Shown here one piece after another: positions 9,595 through 19,607 of a stretch of DNA of 64,000 nt. The notes beneath the pieces were generated by a model. The model was not told the origin of the DNA. It did not search any database and saw only the letters and a list, made by a program, of their open reading frames with translations. Position 1 is the stretch's first letter. Each line of letters opens with the position of its first letter. The position numbers and the translations under genes are program-made. Source of the stretch: Candidatus Binataceae bacterium (lineage in GTDB: Bacteria > Desulfobacterota > Binatia > Binatales > Binataceae); assembly GCA_050736695.1 (NCBI GenBank), contig JBOHWH010000030.1, positions 584-64,583 of the forward strand. Reading direction: 5' to 3'.

Positions 9595-10761
9595 TTGATG
9601 GCGGCGCGGATTCTTGAGGGTGGAATGACAGCAGACAGCATCGCGCGCAAATGGATAATCGCGCTCGTCGCGCTCGCGGCGATTGCCGGATCGGCGTGTC
9701 ATCGCGAAGTAAAGGTGCCGCCGCTCAAAGAGCGCGCGATCACGTTCGCCGACAACTTCTTCGACGTCTGGCCGACCAGTCCCACGCGAGCGTTTATCGT
9801 CGGTGCGCGCGGCAAGGTCTTGCTCACCGAAGACGGGGGACAGCATTTCAAACAGGTCGATATCGGCACCGATTTGGCCGTGTTCGGAATCCAGATGGTC
9901 GATGACCGGAACGGATACCTGTGCGGACAAGACGGTCTGATAATGCGCACGCGCGACGGGGGCAAGACTTGGCAGCGCATCAATTCGCGTACTCATCTGT
10001 TTATTTTCGCGCTCTCGTTCCCAGATCGTCTGCACGGATATTTCGTCGGCGACCGGGCGCTGGTGCTCAGCACCACTGATGGCGGCGAAACGTTTCTCAA
10101 ACGCCAGTTGCAGCGCCTCTTTGCTCCGGCACTGCAGGACTACGCGCTCCCGTACGAAGAGCCGGTCCTCTATAGCGCCTCTTTCGTTGACGACAATCGC
10201 GGATGGGTCGTCGGCGAGCTTGGCCGAATCTGGGCGACCGACAATGGCGGCAAAACCTGGCAGGAGCAGCAGCAATCGCTGGTCGCTCAGTGGAAGCGTC
10301 CGCTGGGTCCCAACGATGACCCCCGTTTCGCCGATTTTCTGCTGCCTACGATGTTTGCCGTATCGTTCCGTGACGCGCAGCACGGCGCGGCGTGTGGACT
10401 GGAAGGCTGGGTGATCGAAACCAGCGACGGCGGCAAGACCTGGACCTTTGCGCATCAGGCCGGCAAACCCGGCGATCCACCCGACACGATGGTGCCAGGA
10501 GCGCCGCAGATTCCGGCGCGCGATCCGCTGTTTGCGATCGATCTGTTCGGTAAAGACCAGGGGATGACGGTTGGGCTGACCGGCACTGTCTTGCGCCTGC
10601 AACCTAATGGTTCGTGGGCGCATGACACCAGCGTGCCGGCTCTGCCATTCCCGCTCAGCCAAGTGCGCTTCTTCGATAACCAGCACGGATGGATCGTCGG
10701 TTTGGGGACGATTCTCTACACGGCGGACGGCGGCAAGACCTGGCGCTTTTGCCAGGGCTAG
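9595..10761 (+). CDS. Ycf48/BNR-repeat beta-propeller protein, secreted or lipoprotein
   Basis: Six spaced DGG(K/Q/E)T(W/F) Asp-box repeats and an N-terminal signal or lipobox-like AGSAC. Confidence 0.7.
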   Translation: MMAARILEGGMTADSIARKWIIALVALAAIAGSACHREVKVPPLKERAITFADNFFDVWPTSPTRAFIVGARGKVLLTEDGGQHFKQVDIGTDLAVFGIQMVDDRNGYLCGQDGLIMRTRDGGKTWQRINSRTHLFIFALSFPDRLHGYFVGDRALVLSTTDGGETFLKRQLQRLFAPALQDYALPYEEPVLYSASFVDDNRGWVVGELGRIWATDNGGKTWQEQQQSLVAQWKRPLGPNDDPRFADFLLPTMFAVSFRDAQHGAACGLEGWVIETSDGGKTWTFAHQAGKPGDPPDTMVPGAPQIPARDPLFAIDLFGKDQGMTVGLTGTVLRLQPNGSWAHDTSVPALPFPLSQVRFFDNQHGWIVGLGTILYTADGGKTWRFCQG

Positions 10762-10788
10762 CCCGGCGCGCGGCAAGCGGAGAACCCG

Positions 10789-13179
10789 ATGACCTGGTAC
10801 CGGTTCGGCGAATGGATAATCAAGCGGCGTTTTTACGTGCTGATCGTAATCGCGGCTCTGACCGGCTTTTTCGGTTACTACGCGGCGCAAACCCACCTGG
10901 TGACGAGCTTCGGCGACTTGCTTCCGCAGAACCATCCGTTCATCAAGATTGCGCACAAATACGACACTTACTTCGGCAGCGTGAACAACGTCACGGTGAT
11001 GATCGAAGCGCGCGAGGGCACCATCTATACGCCGGAGATTCTCGCCAAGATCGTCAAGATGACGAGCGACATGGATCTGGTTTACGGGATCCAGCACGGC
11101 TCGGTGCGATCGCTCTCCAACGCGAGTTTCTTCCGGCCCTTGGCGGGTGGCGTGATCCTGAACACTCCGGTGCTGCCGGGCGGCAAGGTCCCGACCACGC
11201 AGAAAGACATCGACGAGGTCCGGAGCAACGTCCACAAGAACCCGTTTGTGGTGTTCGGACGCTTCGTCTCGCTCGACGACAAGGCCGCGATTATCGAGGG
11301 CAGCTTCCTCGAGTCGCGGCTCGACTACCGGCGCATCTTCAACGAAGTTTATAAGATCGTTGTCGATCCGGCAAAAGGCTCGGACGTTAAGATCTACGTG
11401 GGCGGCCAGCCGATCCTGTACGGATGGGTTTACCATTACACGCCGCAAATCTTCAACATTTTTCTCTTAACCGTGCTCGTGCTGTGGGTCCTGCTCTACC
11501 TGTATTTCCGCGATTGGCGCGGTGCGCTGCGTCCGACCATCTCCGGAGTAATCTGCGCGATTTGGGGGCTGGGCTTTATCCGGCTGATCGGCTTTACGCT
11601 CGATCCGCTGGTGCTCGTGATCCCGTTTTTGATAACCGCGCGCGCGGTCAGCCATTCGGTGCAGATGCACGATCGGTATTATGAGGAGTACTATCGCACG
11701 CGCGATAAAAATACCGCGATTCTGTCCGCTTTTTCGGAACTGTTTGTCCCGTCGCTGTCGGGAATCCTGACCGACGCGTTCGGCGTGCTGGTGATCCTGC
11801 TGGTGCCGGTGCTGTTCCTGCAAAAGCTCGCGATCACGGCGTCATTCTGGATCGCCGCGATTATCGTAAGCGAACTGCTCCTCAACCCGATCGTCTATTA
11901 CTATCTCGAGCCGCCGCGTATCGAAGTTATCGAACGCCGCGAGCACGGGTTCTTCAAGCGGATGCTGATTGCGATCGCGCGGCCGATGCTCGAGCCGCGC
12001 GGGCGGAAGATCACGATGATCGCAACTGCGATCGCGATTCTGCTCTGCGCATTTTTCTGGACCGGGCTTAAGGTCGGCGATCCATCCTCGCAATCGCCGG
12101 TGCTGTGGCCCAACTCGCCTTACAACCATGCGATGGCGGCGATTCAGGACGAGTTCGGCGCGATCGAGCCATTCGTGGTCGTGGCGGAGCTTAAGAATCG
12201 CGGCGCGCTCGAGGATCCGAGGCTCTATCATGTGATGGATCGTTATCAACGCTACATGGAAGGCGATCCGGCGGTCGGGCGAACCTTCTCGCTAGCCGAC
12301 CTGTTGTCCAACAGCGGCTCCGCACTGCGCGAGTTCCAACCTAAGTGGAACGTGCTGCCAAGCACCAAGCGCGGCACCGGACAACTCCTGGGCGGATTGC
12401 TCGCAGGCGCGTCGCCGCTTTCGACCGCGTACATTATTACGCCACGGCGCGACGCGACTCAGATAACCGTGTACGCAAAAAATCGCGAGGGCGAAAACGT
12501 CGAGCGTATTGTGCTGCGCACCCAGCGCTTTTTCGCCGAGCCGAAAAATCACGTGAACGGTGTCGAGTTTAAGCTCGCCGCTGGAATTATCGGTGAGCTG
12601 GCCGCCGCCAATCAGGAAATTATCGACAACGATCTGCTCCTGAACGTGCTCGCGTTCGCGACGATCTACATAATCATACTCATCACCTATCGATCGTTCA
12701 TGGCGGGCCTGTACTTGCTGTTTCCGCTGGTGCTGGCCAACGCCGCCATCAATGCCTACATGGGCGCGCACGACGTCGGGATCAATATCAATACTCTTCC
12801 CGTGGTGACGGTCGGCGTCGGATTCGGAATTGACTATGCGATTTATATAGTTAGCCGAATCATAGAAGAGCTCGCGCTCGGCCGCGAGCTCACGGACGCG
12901 ACCTACAATGCGCTTGTCACTTCCGGCAAGGCCGTCGCTTTCACCGCGCTGACGCTCGTGGCCTCGGTGCTGTTCTGGTACTGGTCGAGCATCAGGTTCG
13001 ACGCCGAGATGGGGATGCTGCTGGCGGTGTGGATGTTCGTGTCGATGCTCGGCGCGATGACGATTCTGCCGGTGCTGATCGTGATGTTCGATCCGAAATT
13101 TATCCATCGCGAGAAAGACCGCATCATCGCGTCGCGGCGGCCCGACTTGGCGCAGCGCACGGTGGCGACGGCGTCATAG
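10789..13179 (+). CDS. RND/MMPL-superfamily exporter
   Basis: 796 aa with two blocks of about 6 TM helices, each preceded by a large loop. It is adjacent to the BNR propeller gene. Confidence 0.8.
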   Translation: MTWYRFGEWIIKRRFYVLIVIAALTGFFGYYAAQTHLVTSFGDLLPQNHPFIKIAHKYDTYFGSVNNVTVMIEAREGTIYTPEILAKIVKMTSDMDLVYGIQHGSVRSLSNASFFRPLAGGVILNTPVLPGGKVPTTQKDIDEVRSNVHKNPFVVFGRFVSLDDKAAIIEGSFLESRLDYRRIFNEVYKIVVDPAKGSDVKIYVGGQPILYGWVYHYTPQIFNIFLLTVLVLWVLLYLYFRDWRGALRPTISGVICAIWGLGFIRLIGFTLDPLVLVIPFLITARAVSHSVQMHDRYYEEYYRTRDKNTAILSAFSELFVPSLSGILTDAFGVLVILLVPVLFLQKLAITASFWIAAIIVSELLLNPIVYYYLEPPRIEVIERREHGFFKRMLIAIARPMLEPRGRKITMIATAIAILLCAFFWTGLKVGDPSSQSPVLWPNSPYNHAMAAIQDEFGAIEPFVVVAELKNRGALEDPRLYHVMDRYQRYMEGDPAVGRTFSLADLLSNSGSALREFQPKWNVLPSTKRGTGQLLGGLLAGASPLSTAYIITPRRDATQITVYAKNREGENVERIVLRTQRFFAEPKNHVNGVEFKLAAGIIGELAAANQEIIDNDLLLNVLAFATIYIIILITYRSFMAGLYLLFPLVLANAAINAYMGAHDVGININTLPVVTVGVGFGIDYAIYIVSRIIEELALGRELTDATYNALVTSGKAVAFTALTLVASVLFWYWSSIRFDAEMGMLLAVWMFVSMLGAMTILPVLIVMFDPKFIHREKDRIIASRRPDLAQRTVATAS

Positions 13180-13204
13180 CAAGAGTGCCGAGGTCCTGAC
13201 GGCA

Positions 13205-13597
13205 ATGAAGCTTGAGCGGCTGGATCATTTTGGAATCGAGGTCGCCGAACTCGCACGCGCTGAGCGCTTTTACACAGGCGTGCTCGGCCTCGGAGTTGCG
13301 GCGCATCTTGGAGACCAGGTGCTGCTCGAGTGCGGCGAACAAAACCTGGCGCTATTCCGGGTCGCGCGCGCGGCGATGACGCCGCAAGCTCGCGCCGCGC
13401 TGATCGCGCATCCCCTCGGACGCGGGCATCACGCGTTCAGGGTCAGCGCTCATGACTTCGCGGACGCCAAAGCGCGGCTCGGCGCGGCGGGGGTCGAAAC
13501 CGCCGAACCGATAGCTTGGGGTGATCACGATTGTATGTACTTCCTCGACCCCGACGGGAATCTGCTCGAGCTCGTCTTTTATCGCGATGCGGATTGA
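13205..13597 (+). CDS. VOC (glyoxalase/bleomycin-resistance/dioxygenase) family protein
   Basis: 130 aa with LDHFGIEV and HHAFRV beta-alpha-beta-beta-beta module signatures. Confidence 0.75.
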   Translation: MKLERLDHFGIEVAELARAERFYTGVLGLGVAAHLGDQVLLECGEQNLALFRVARAAMTPQARAALIAHPLGRGHHAFRVSAHDFADAKARLGAAGVETAEPIAWGDHDCMYFLDPDGNLLELVFYRDAD

Positions 13598-13714
13598 GCG
13601 TGGCTGCGCCGGTTCGCACCGACTCATGGAACTATAAGCCCAGGATGTTTTGCATGTCTGTGAGCAATCCGGTAACAGGGCTTGGTGTTATGGCGCGAAA
13701 CCGGGGTCAATGAA

Positions 13715-14329
13715 ATGACCGTCCGCTTTACTGCGGCGCTTGCGCTTCTGACCGTCGCCGTGCTGGCGATGCCCGCGAGCGCGCACGCTAAAATGGACCG
13801 CTATATCGTCGATCCCGCGAAGTGCGAGGTCATCACGGTGGTCGCGCAGCCATTGGATAAGTTTCGCGGCGACGCCGTGGGTTCTTTCCAGGTGCGCTCA
13901 GGCGAAATTTCCGGCAATCCCGCTGATCCCGCCAAGGGCGCCAGGATCAAGCTGATCCTCGATTCTTCGAGCTACTCAAGCGGCAACACGCGGCGCGATA
14001 GTGTCGTGACCGGAACCGTGCTCGATGCAACCGACTACCCCGACATCACGTTTGCGAGCACCGGCGTGCAGGACGTCGCGATCGACACGCCCGGCGAAGG
14101 TTCCGCGTTGATCATTGGCAATCTCACCCTACGCGGTCAGACGCAAACGCTTAACGCGTTGGTGAGCGTAAACCTGATTGGAAAGAAAGGCCTCGAAGCG
14201 CGCGGCGAACTTACCTTCCGCTACCCGCGATTCGGACTGGTGGTGCCCAAGGGGGTGTTTGGGCTGATGCGCGCGAGTGACGAGGTGACGGTCAAGTTTC
14301 GGATCGTCGCGACCCGTTCCGCTTCCTGA
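13715..14329 (+). CDS. YceI-family periplasmic protein
   Basis: Signal peptide MTVRFTAALALLTVAVLAMPASAHA and a YceI-like beta-barrel pattern (LTLRGQTQ..). The start is trimmed to the ATG at 13715. Confidence 0.75.
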   Translation: MTVRFTAALALLTVAVLAMPASAHAKMDRYIVDPAKCEVITVVAQPLDKFRGDAVGSFQVRSGEISGNPADPAKGARIKLILDSSSYSSGNTRRDSVVTGTVLDATDYPDITFASTGVQDVAIDTPGEGSALIIGNLTLRGQTQTLNALVSVNLIGKKGLEARGELTFRYPRFGLVVPKGVFGLMRASDEVTVKFRIVATRSAS

Positions 14330-15650
14330 ACTGCACGGGCTTTGCGCGCGGCGCGGTACTCAACTCGCGCGCGGTTGTGGCGCGCACGATCGGCGCGGTG
14401 TGCAGCTCCCGGAACATCACTTCCGGGTCGTAGTTTCCCGGCGCTGTGATCAGCAGCGAATCCAGCGAATGCGCTCCGCGCGCCATCGTTTTCCATCCGG
14501 TCATCACGTAGCCGATGCTGCGGCTGGAAGCGTGCGGGTCCGCGCGCGTGGCCGAGGCGCCGGTCTCGTCGCGGAAATATAGCTTGCGCTTGATCTTGTC
14601 CAGATCCGCGACCGGGGCGAGCGTCTGCACGGTGGTGCGGCCGTGGCCGCGAAACGCGATCCATTTGATCGTGCCGGCGGGGTCGCCGCGGAGCGCTTGC
14701 TCGGCGCGAAAATCGCCAATCTGAATCGGCGCCGAGTGCATCCCGGACCACAGCAGCTCATATCCGCTCAGATCGGTGAAATCAAAATCGACCCGGACCT
14801 CGACGTCGCCGAACAGCGCGTCCGGCAGCGGCGGAAAATCGACCGTGAACGGATTTTCAAAGTAGTCGCGGTAAAAAAAATCATCGCTCAGCGCCGCCGA
14901 CGAGCTGATCCCCGCGAAAAGATTCACCGAGTGGCTGACTCGCTTGATCACACGAATCGGCCCTGCCTTCCATGCCAGCACGCGGTTGCGCACGTCGTCC
15001 TCGGTAAGCGAGATATGAAACAGCCCGAGCACACGCGCCCGCATCCCGACCTTGAACCGATCGATCATGTTCGGCAGATGCTGGCCCTTGCGATTCTGCA
15101 AAGTGAAATCGCTTGGAATGCCGTTGGTGAAACCCAGACGATAACTGTCGCTCTCGATCGCGCCGGTCGCCGAATCGTAGTCGATATAACTGATCGGGCT
15201 GAGCCGGGGGTTGTCCACCGCCGCGATATACACGTAACGGACCCGGCCGCCCAGCGGATCGATGACCTGAACCTCATCCGCTCCCGCAGGCAGCGCGCCG
15301 CCGCGCGGCGCCCGCTCGCCCAGGTCCGACACCATCATCGCGACCTCGTCGTTGCTGTCGAGCACCCCCGGTGATTCGTCAACCGTCGGCTCGGGCCCAT
15401 CGGGCAGCGCGTAGGTGCCGTCTACGGCGATCTCGTCGATCTGGAACGGAATCGGCTCGAGCGTGGCGCCGTGAGCGGCCAGAACCTCGAAGCGGCTGGT
15501 GCGCTGGCCGATGAGTTCCGGAATCTGCGCGCCCAGAATTACAAGCGGCTGCCAAGCGCGCGGGCTCGAGAGTGCGCGCCCCGCTGTCAGCAGAAGGAGT
15601 AGCGCGGTCGCAAGTGCGGCGCGGGCATGGCGGAGGCGGTGACGATCCAT
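14292..15650 (-). CDS. Secreted hypothetical protein
   Basis: 452 aa with a signal peptide (ALATALLLLLTAGRALS). No family recognised. Its 3' end overlaps the convergent YceI gene by 38 nt. Confidence 0.5.
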   Translation of the reverse strand: MDRHRLRHARAALATALLLLLTAGRALSSPRAWQPLVILGAQIPELIGQRTSRFEVLAAHGATLEPIPFQIDEIAVDGTYALPDGPEPTVDESPGVLDSNDEVAMMVSDLGERAPRGGALPAGADEVQVIDPLGGRVRYVYIAAVDNPRLSPISYIDYDSATGAIESDSYRLGFTNGIPSDFTLQNRKGQHLPNMIDRFKVGMRARVLGLFHISLTEDDVRNRVLAWKAGPIRVIKRVSHSVNLFAGISSSAALSDDFFYRDYFENPFTVDFPPLPDALFGDVEVRVDFDFTDLSGYELLWSGMHSAPIQIGDFRAEQALRGDPAGTIKWIAFRGHGRTTVQTLAPVADLDKIKRKLYFRDETGASATRADPHASSRSIGYVMTGWKTMARGAHSLDSLLITAPGNYDPEVMFRELHTAPIVRATTARELSTAPRAKPVQFRKRNGSRRSET

Positions 15651-15664
15651 TACAACTGCCTAGC

Positions 15665-16576
15665 ATGGCGGATTTTTCGGTTGCGCCAAAGGGCGCGAAG
15701 CCTCCTCGCGAAATCGAGGAATTGGCCGCATCGATCGAGGCCGACGGCGGCGCGGCGCTGGCCGCCTACCAGGAGCCGCTCGGCGACCATTGGCATTTGT
15801 TCGCGATGCTACCGATCGAAAAGGTCGAGCCGACACCTTATCAGCGCGATCTCTCGCCGACGCATCTGAAGCGGATGGTCGAGGTGATGAAGAAGCTCGA
15901 TCGCTTTACCGAGCCGATCGTCGCGGTGCGTCTGGACGGCATCTACTACACGCCCAACGGGAATCATCGCCGCGCCGCCGCGGAAAAATCGAAGGCGAAA
16001 CTGATTCCCGCGATCGTGATTCCCGAGCCTGATGTCGCTTTCCAGATCCTGGCGCTCAACACCGAGAAGCAGCACAACCTGCGCGACAAGGCGCTCGAGG
16101 TGGTGAGGATGTACCGGGCGCGGATGGAACAGGACGCGCGCCGGTCCGAAAAAGACTTCGCGTTTGAGTTTGAACGCGCGCATTTCATCACGCTCGGAAT
16201 CATGTACGAGAAAAAACCCCGCTTCTCGGGCGGCGTGTACGCTCCCCTGCTGAGCCGCGTCGATGGATTCCTCTCCAAGCCGCTCGGCGCCGCGTACGAC
16301 GATCGCCTCGAGCGCGCGGCCCAAATCGAGCGCGCCGACGAGCTGCTGGTCGGCCTAGTCGTACAGGGCAAGAAGCGCGGCCTGATGCATCCATATCTCA
16401 AGAACTTCATCGTCGCGCGCTCGAATCCTCTAACCCGCGCACACAAGAACCTGCCAACCTGCAAAGTGGCGCTCGCAAGCCTGATCAAAGCCCTCGAAGA
16501 TTTCGACCTCGGCAAAATCCACTACGGCCAAATCCGCGACGCCGCCCAAATCGTCGCTGCGACGGCGAGTGAGTAG
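15665..16576 (+). CDS. ParB/Srx-like N-terminal domain protein
   Basis: PYQRDL and TPNGNHRRAAA motifs of the ParB-like nuclease/CTPase fold. The start is set at MADFSV (ATG 15665). Confidence 0.7.
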   Translation: MADFSVAPKGAKPPREIEELAASIEADGGAALAAYQEPLGDHWHLFAMLPIEKVEPTPYQRDLSPTHLKRMVEVMKKLDRFTEPIVAVRLDGIYYTPNGNHRRAAAEKSKAKLIPAIVIPEPDVAFQILALNTEKQHNLRDKALEVVRMYRARMEQDARRSEKDFAFEFERAHFITLGIMYEKKPRFSGGVYAPLLSRVDGFLSKPLGAAYDDRLERAAQIERADELLVGLVVQGKKRGLMHPYLKNFIVARSNPLTRAHKNLPTCKVALASLIKALEDFDLGKIHYGQIRDAAQIVAATASE

Positions 16577-16681
16577 CGATCGCCGAATCGCGGCCCTGCG
16601 GCGAAAGGCTCCTTCAGACGACGCGCGCCACGCCGGGGATGCTCCGGATTGCCGCACTTGATCCCCAACTGAGTAGCAGCA
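16518..16681. repeat. Direct repeat copy 1 (164 bp) flanking the Rhs island
   Basis: By-eye alignment with 20460-20623 shows about 7 mismatches. It contains the genuine 3' end of the ParB-like gene plus a duplicated 3' fragment of the acyltransferase gene. Confidence 0.85.
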
Positions 16682-16690
16682 TTCTATGAT

Positions 16691-17530
16691 ATGCTAAATA
16701 TCGCGCAGGAACAGTTCTCTACCGGAGGTGTTGGCGACATGCTGCCGGGTCTCGGCCTCGACCGGTATTTCTCGCGGACCGATTCGTCGGGAACCTCTGC
16801 TATCCTGACCGACAAGCTCGGATCTACATTGGGGATGGTGAACTCGTCGGGCGCGATCGGGACCGGCTATGGGTACGGCCCCTTCGGGCAGACAACAATC
16901 TCAGGTGCCTCGAGCACGAATCCTATCCAGTACACCGGACGCGAGATGGACCCGACCGGTCTCTACTTTCTGCGCGCGAGATACTACAACCCCATTGCGC
17001 AGCGCTTCATCTCACAGGATCCGATCGGCCTCTCCGGTGGTCAAGTCAATCTCTACGCGTATGTCAGTAATAGCCCAATGAATTTTATCGATCGAATGGG
17101 CCTAGGTGGCGGCGGCGGCGGTGGCGGTGGTGGAGGCGGCAATGGTCCGGGAAATTGCTATGGAGACTGCAACCCACCGCCTGCACCTCCTTCCACACCC
17201 GGAGCCGGTTCCAGTTACTACGAAGGCGTGAATAGCGGCGCGACGGGCGATATTCCGGGCGGTCCGGTCACCTTCGACCAAGCTGCTTCCAAAACGCCGA
17301 ATGCTTTTCTTACTCCGTCGCTCACGTTGATCGGTATGGGCGTCGCGTTTGTGGTCGTCGTCGGCGTAATAGTCGCTTTTGCACCGGAGCTGGCGGCTTC
17401 AGCCGCCGTGATATTTTTGGCCAGGGCAGCTATTGCGACCGGAATATTAGCCATAGCATTTGGGGCTGCTTTGCTGGGCTTAGGAGCGGCTGGTCCCGGC
17501 GTGCAGGCTCCGGTGGCGCCTGTTCCATAG
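16691..17530 (+). CDS. Orphan Rhs tip A: RHS-repeat-associated core, poly-Gly linker and hydrophobic C-terminal domain (toxin candidate CT-A)
   Basis: YTGREMDPTGLYFLRARYYNPIAQRFISQDPIGLSGGQVNLYAYVSNSPMNFIDRMGL core, then G12 (17105-17140), a Pro-rich linker and predicted TM helices (LIGMGVAFVVVVGVIVAF..ILAIAFGAALLGLGAA). Confidence 0.7.
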   Translation: MLNIAQEQFSTGGVGDMLPGLGLDRYFSRTDSSGTSAILTDKLGSTLGMVNSSGAIGTGYGYGPFGQTTISGASSTNPIQYTGREMDPTGLYFLRARYYNPIAQRFISQDPIGLSGGQVNLYAYVSNSPMNFIDRMGLGGGGGGGGGGGGNGPGNCYGDCNPPPAPPSTPGAGSSYYEGVNSGATGDIPGGPVTFDQAASKTPNAFLTPSLTLIGMGVAFVVVVGVIVAFAPELAASAAVIFLARAAIATGILAIAFGAALLGLGAAGPGVQAPVAPVP

Positions 17531-17557
17531 TAATCCAAGCCCCCGAGGTTCTCTTAT

Positions 17558-18085
17558 ATGTCGACAACGGTGCGAAGGTGGTGTAGATACTTCTTCTTAC
17601 CGGGAGCAATTCTAGGTCTCGCTTTTGCCTTGATTGGCTGGATTTTGCCGGGTAGACCAATCGGTCTTGGGAGCCTCATCGCTGGGGCATTTGTCGCGCT
17701 CTACTACGGAAGCCTTGTCATGACTCTCGGATTCTTCGTCGATCTGCCGAAGAACCCAATTGAAGACCCCACCGTGCGGACGATAGCCGCCACCATTGCT
17801 TTTCTTGCATGGGTGCTTAGCCTAGTTACATCGATCATGTATCGGACGGAAGTTTACGCAGCCGTGGGATTTATTCCGTTGCTGCTCGCGATCGGTATCA
17901 TTTGGGAACAGCGTAGCGATGAAGTTCGTTTAGCGATTGGTATTTCAGGCCTTGTTTTAATGATTGGCGCCATGAGGATCGTCGGGATTGAAATGATTGT
18001 TTTTGTGCCCTTTACACTGGCGATGATCTACTACGCGGGCTTAAAGCTTCGCGAGGGCTATCACTTAGGTACAAAGATGCCGTGA
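17558..18085 (+). CDS. Multi-pass membrane protein, candidate immunity protein for CT-A
   Basis: 175 aa with about 5 predicted TM helices. It starts 27 nt after the stop of tip A, on the same strand. Confidence 0.45.
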   Translation: MSTTVRRWCRYFFLPGAILGLAFALIGWILPGRPIGLGSLIAGAFVALYYGSLVMTLGFFVDLPKNPIEDPTVRTIAATIAFLAWVLSLVTSIMYRTEVYAAVGFIPLLLAIGIIWEQRSDEVRLAIGISGLVLMIGAMRIVGIEMIVFVPFTLAMIYYAGLKLREGYHLGTKMP

Positions 18086-18128
18086 GGAAACGAGGAGCAT
18101 TCGCCCGCAAGATAGCCAATGCAATTTA

Positions 18129-19593
18129 TTGTCTGCCGTGCGGCTAGGATTGGGGGGTACCTCGGAGACGCGCGGGAGCCAGAGCGTCGGAATCGTTTAC
18201 ACCTCCGACGGCAGGGCGCAGACCCTTACGCTGCCCAACGGCGTCCGCATCGCGTACGGCTACGACGCGGACTCGCATCCGACCTCGATAAATTACAGCA
18301 GCACCGGCGCGGGCGCGCTCGGCGGCCTGACCTACGGCTACGACAATGACGGCAGGGTAAACAGCTTGGGCGGCTCACTCGCCAGCGTCAACCTGCCCGC
18401 CGCGATGACGGCGACTTATGACAACGGCAATCAGCTCGCGACCTGGAACGGGAACGCGGCGACGACCGACGGCAATGGTAATCTGCTCGCCGATCCGTCA
18501 ATCAGTTCGGCTTACACGTGGAACGAGCGCAACCAGCTCTCAACCGCGACGGTCGGCGCCATGCAAAGCAGCTACGTCTATGATGCGCTGGGGAGGCGCG
18601 CAGGGCAGACGAGCGCGGCGGTGACCACGCAATACGTCTTTGATATGCTTAATGTCGCGCAAGAGCAGTTCTCGACCGGAGGTGTTGGCGACATGCTGCC
18701 GGGACTCGGCCTCGACCGGTATTTCTCGCGGACCGATTCGTCGGGAACCTCTGCTATCCTGACCGACAAGCTCGGCTCTACATTGGGAATGGTGAACTCC
18801 TCCGGCTCGATCGGCACCGGATACCAGTACGGCCCTTTCGGACAAACGGCGAGCACCGGCTCATCGAGCACGAATCCTATTCAATACACGGGACGCGAGA
18901 TGGACCCGACTGGGCTCTACTTCCTGCGCGCACGTTACTACAATCCCGTTCTCCAGATGTTCATCTCTCCAGACCCCGCCGGCCTTTTGGGGGGGGCAGG
19001 TCAATCTCTATGCGTACGTCGGTAACATGCCCCTTAATTTCGTGGACCGCCTCGGACTCCAATACTCAGGTGGCGGCGGCGGAGGTGGTGACCCTCCGGG
19101 TCCGGGTACCTATGATGACGGCTGTAACGGCTGCGAAACCAATCCAGGGGGAAATCCTGGATCCCCCGGGGGCGGTGCTGGAGGTGGCCCGGGCGCCCCA
19201 GGAGGGGATCCGGTCGCGATTGGTTCGTTGCCAGCGGCGGGACAAATCAGCCCCGGATCAGTGCCTGGCATTACAATCGGCAACTTGTCTCAAGTTACCT
19301 CCGGATTTAGCGCCACATTAGGTAACGTTAATCTCGGGTATACCTTTGGCAAAGGATGGTCAGGCTCCGTTTTGGTAGGCGTAGCCATAGGGATTGGCTT
19401 TGAGTTTGGAATCAGCGATCCATATGCGGGTATGCCAATAGGCGGGATCGATATTGGATTTGGACACAATCTCGGCATTACAGTTGGCCTTTCGAGGAGC
19501 TACCTCACAGGCGGAACAGTCGTATCTTCCGTAACACTCGATACCGGCGCGTCCGCTGGGCTGCCTGTAGGATACGAGATACCGGTGTTTTAA
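18129..19593 (+). pseudogene. Orphan Rhs unit B (YD repeats, core and CT-B) interrupted by a +1 frameshift in a G8 tract
   Basis: The ORFs at 18129-19025 and 19027-19593 join into one reading frame if the G-run at 18989-18996 is 7 rather than 8 G. This restores DPAGLLGGQVNLYAYVGNMPLNFVDRLGL, which parallels tip A. Confidence 0.65.
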
Positions 19594-19607
19594 GAATCAG
19601 CGGGAGA

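Noticed and set aside
9562-11448. 628-aa ORF on the minus strand.
   Set aside because: It is antisense to the BNR-propeller and RND genes, which both carry clear family motifs. The translation is Arg/Ala/Pro-rich and low-complexity, typical of high-GC antisense frames.
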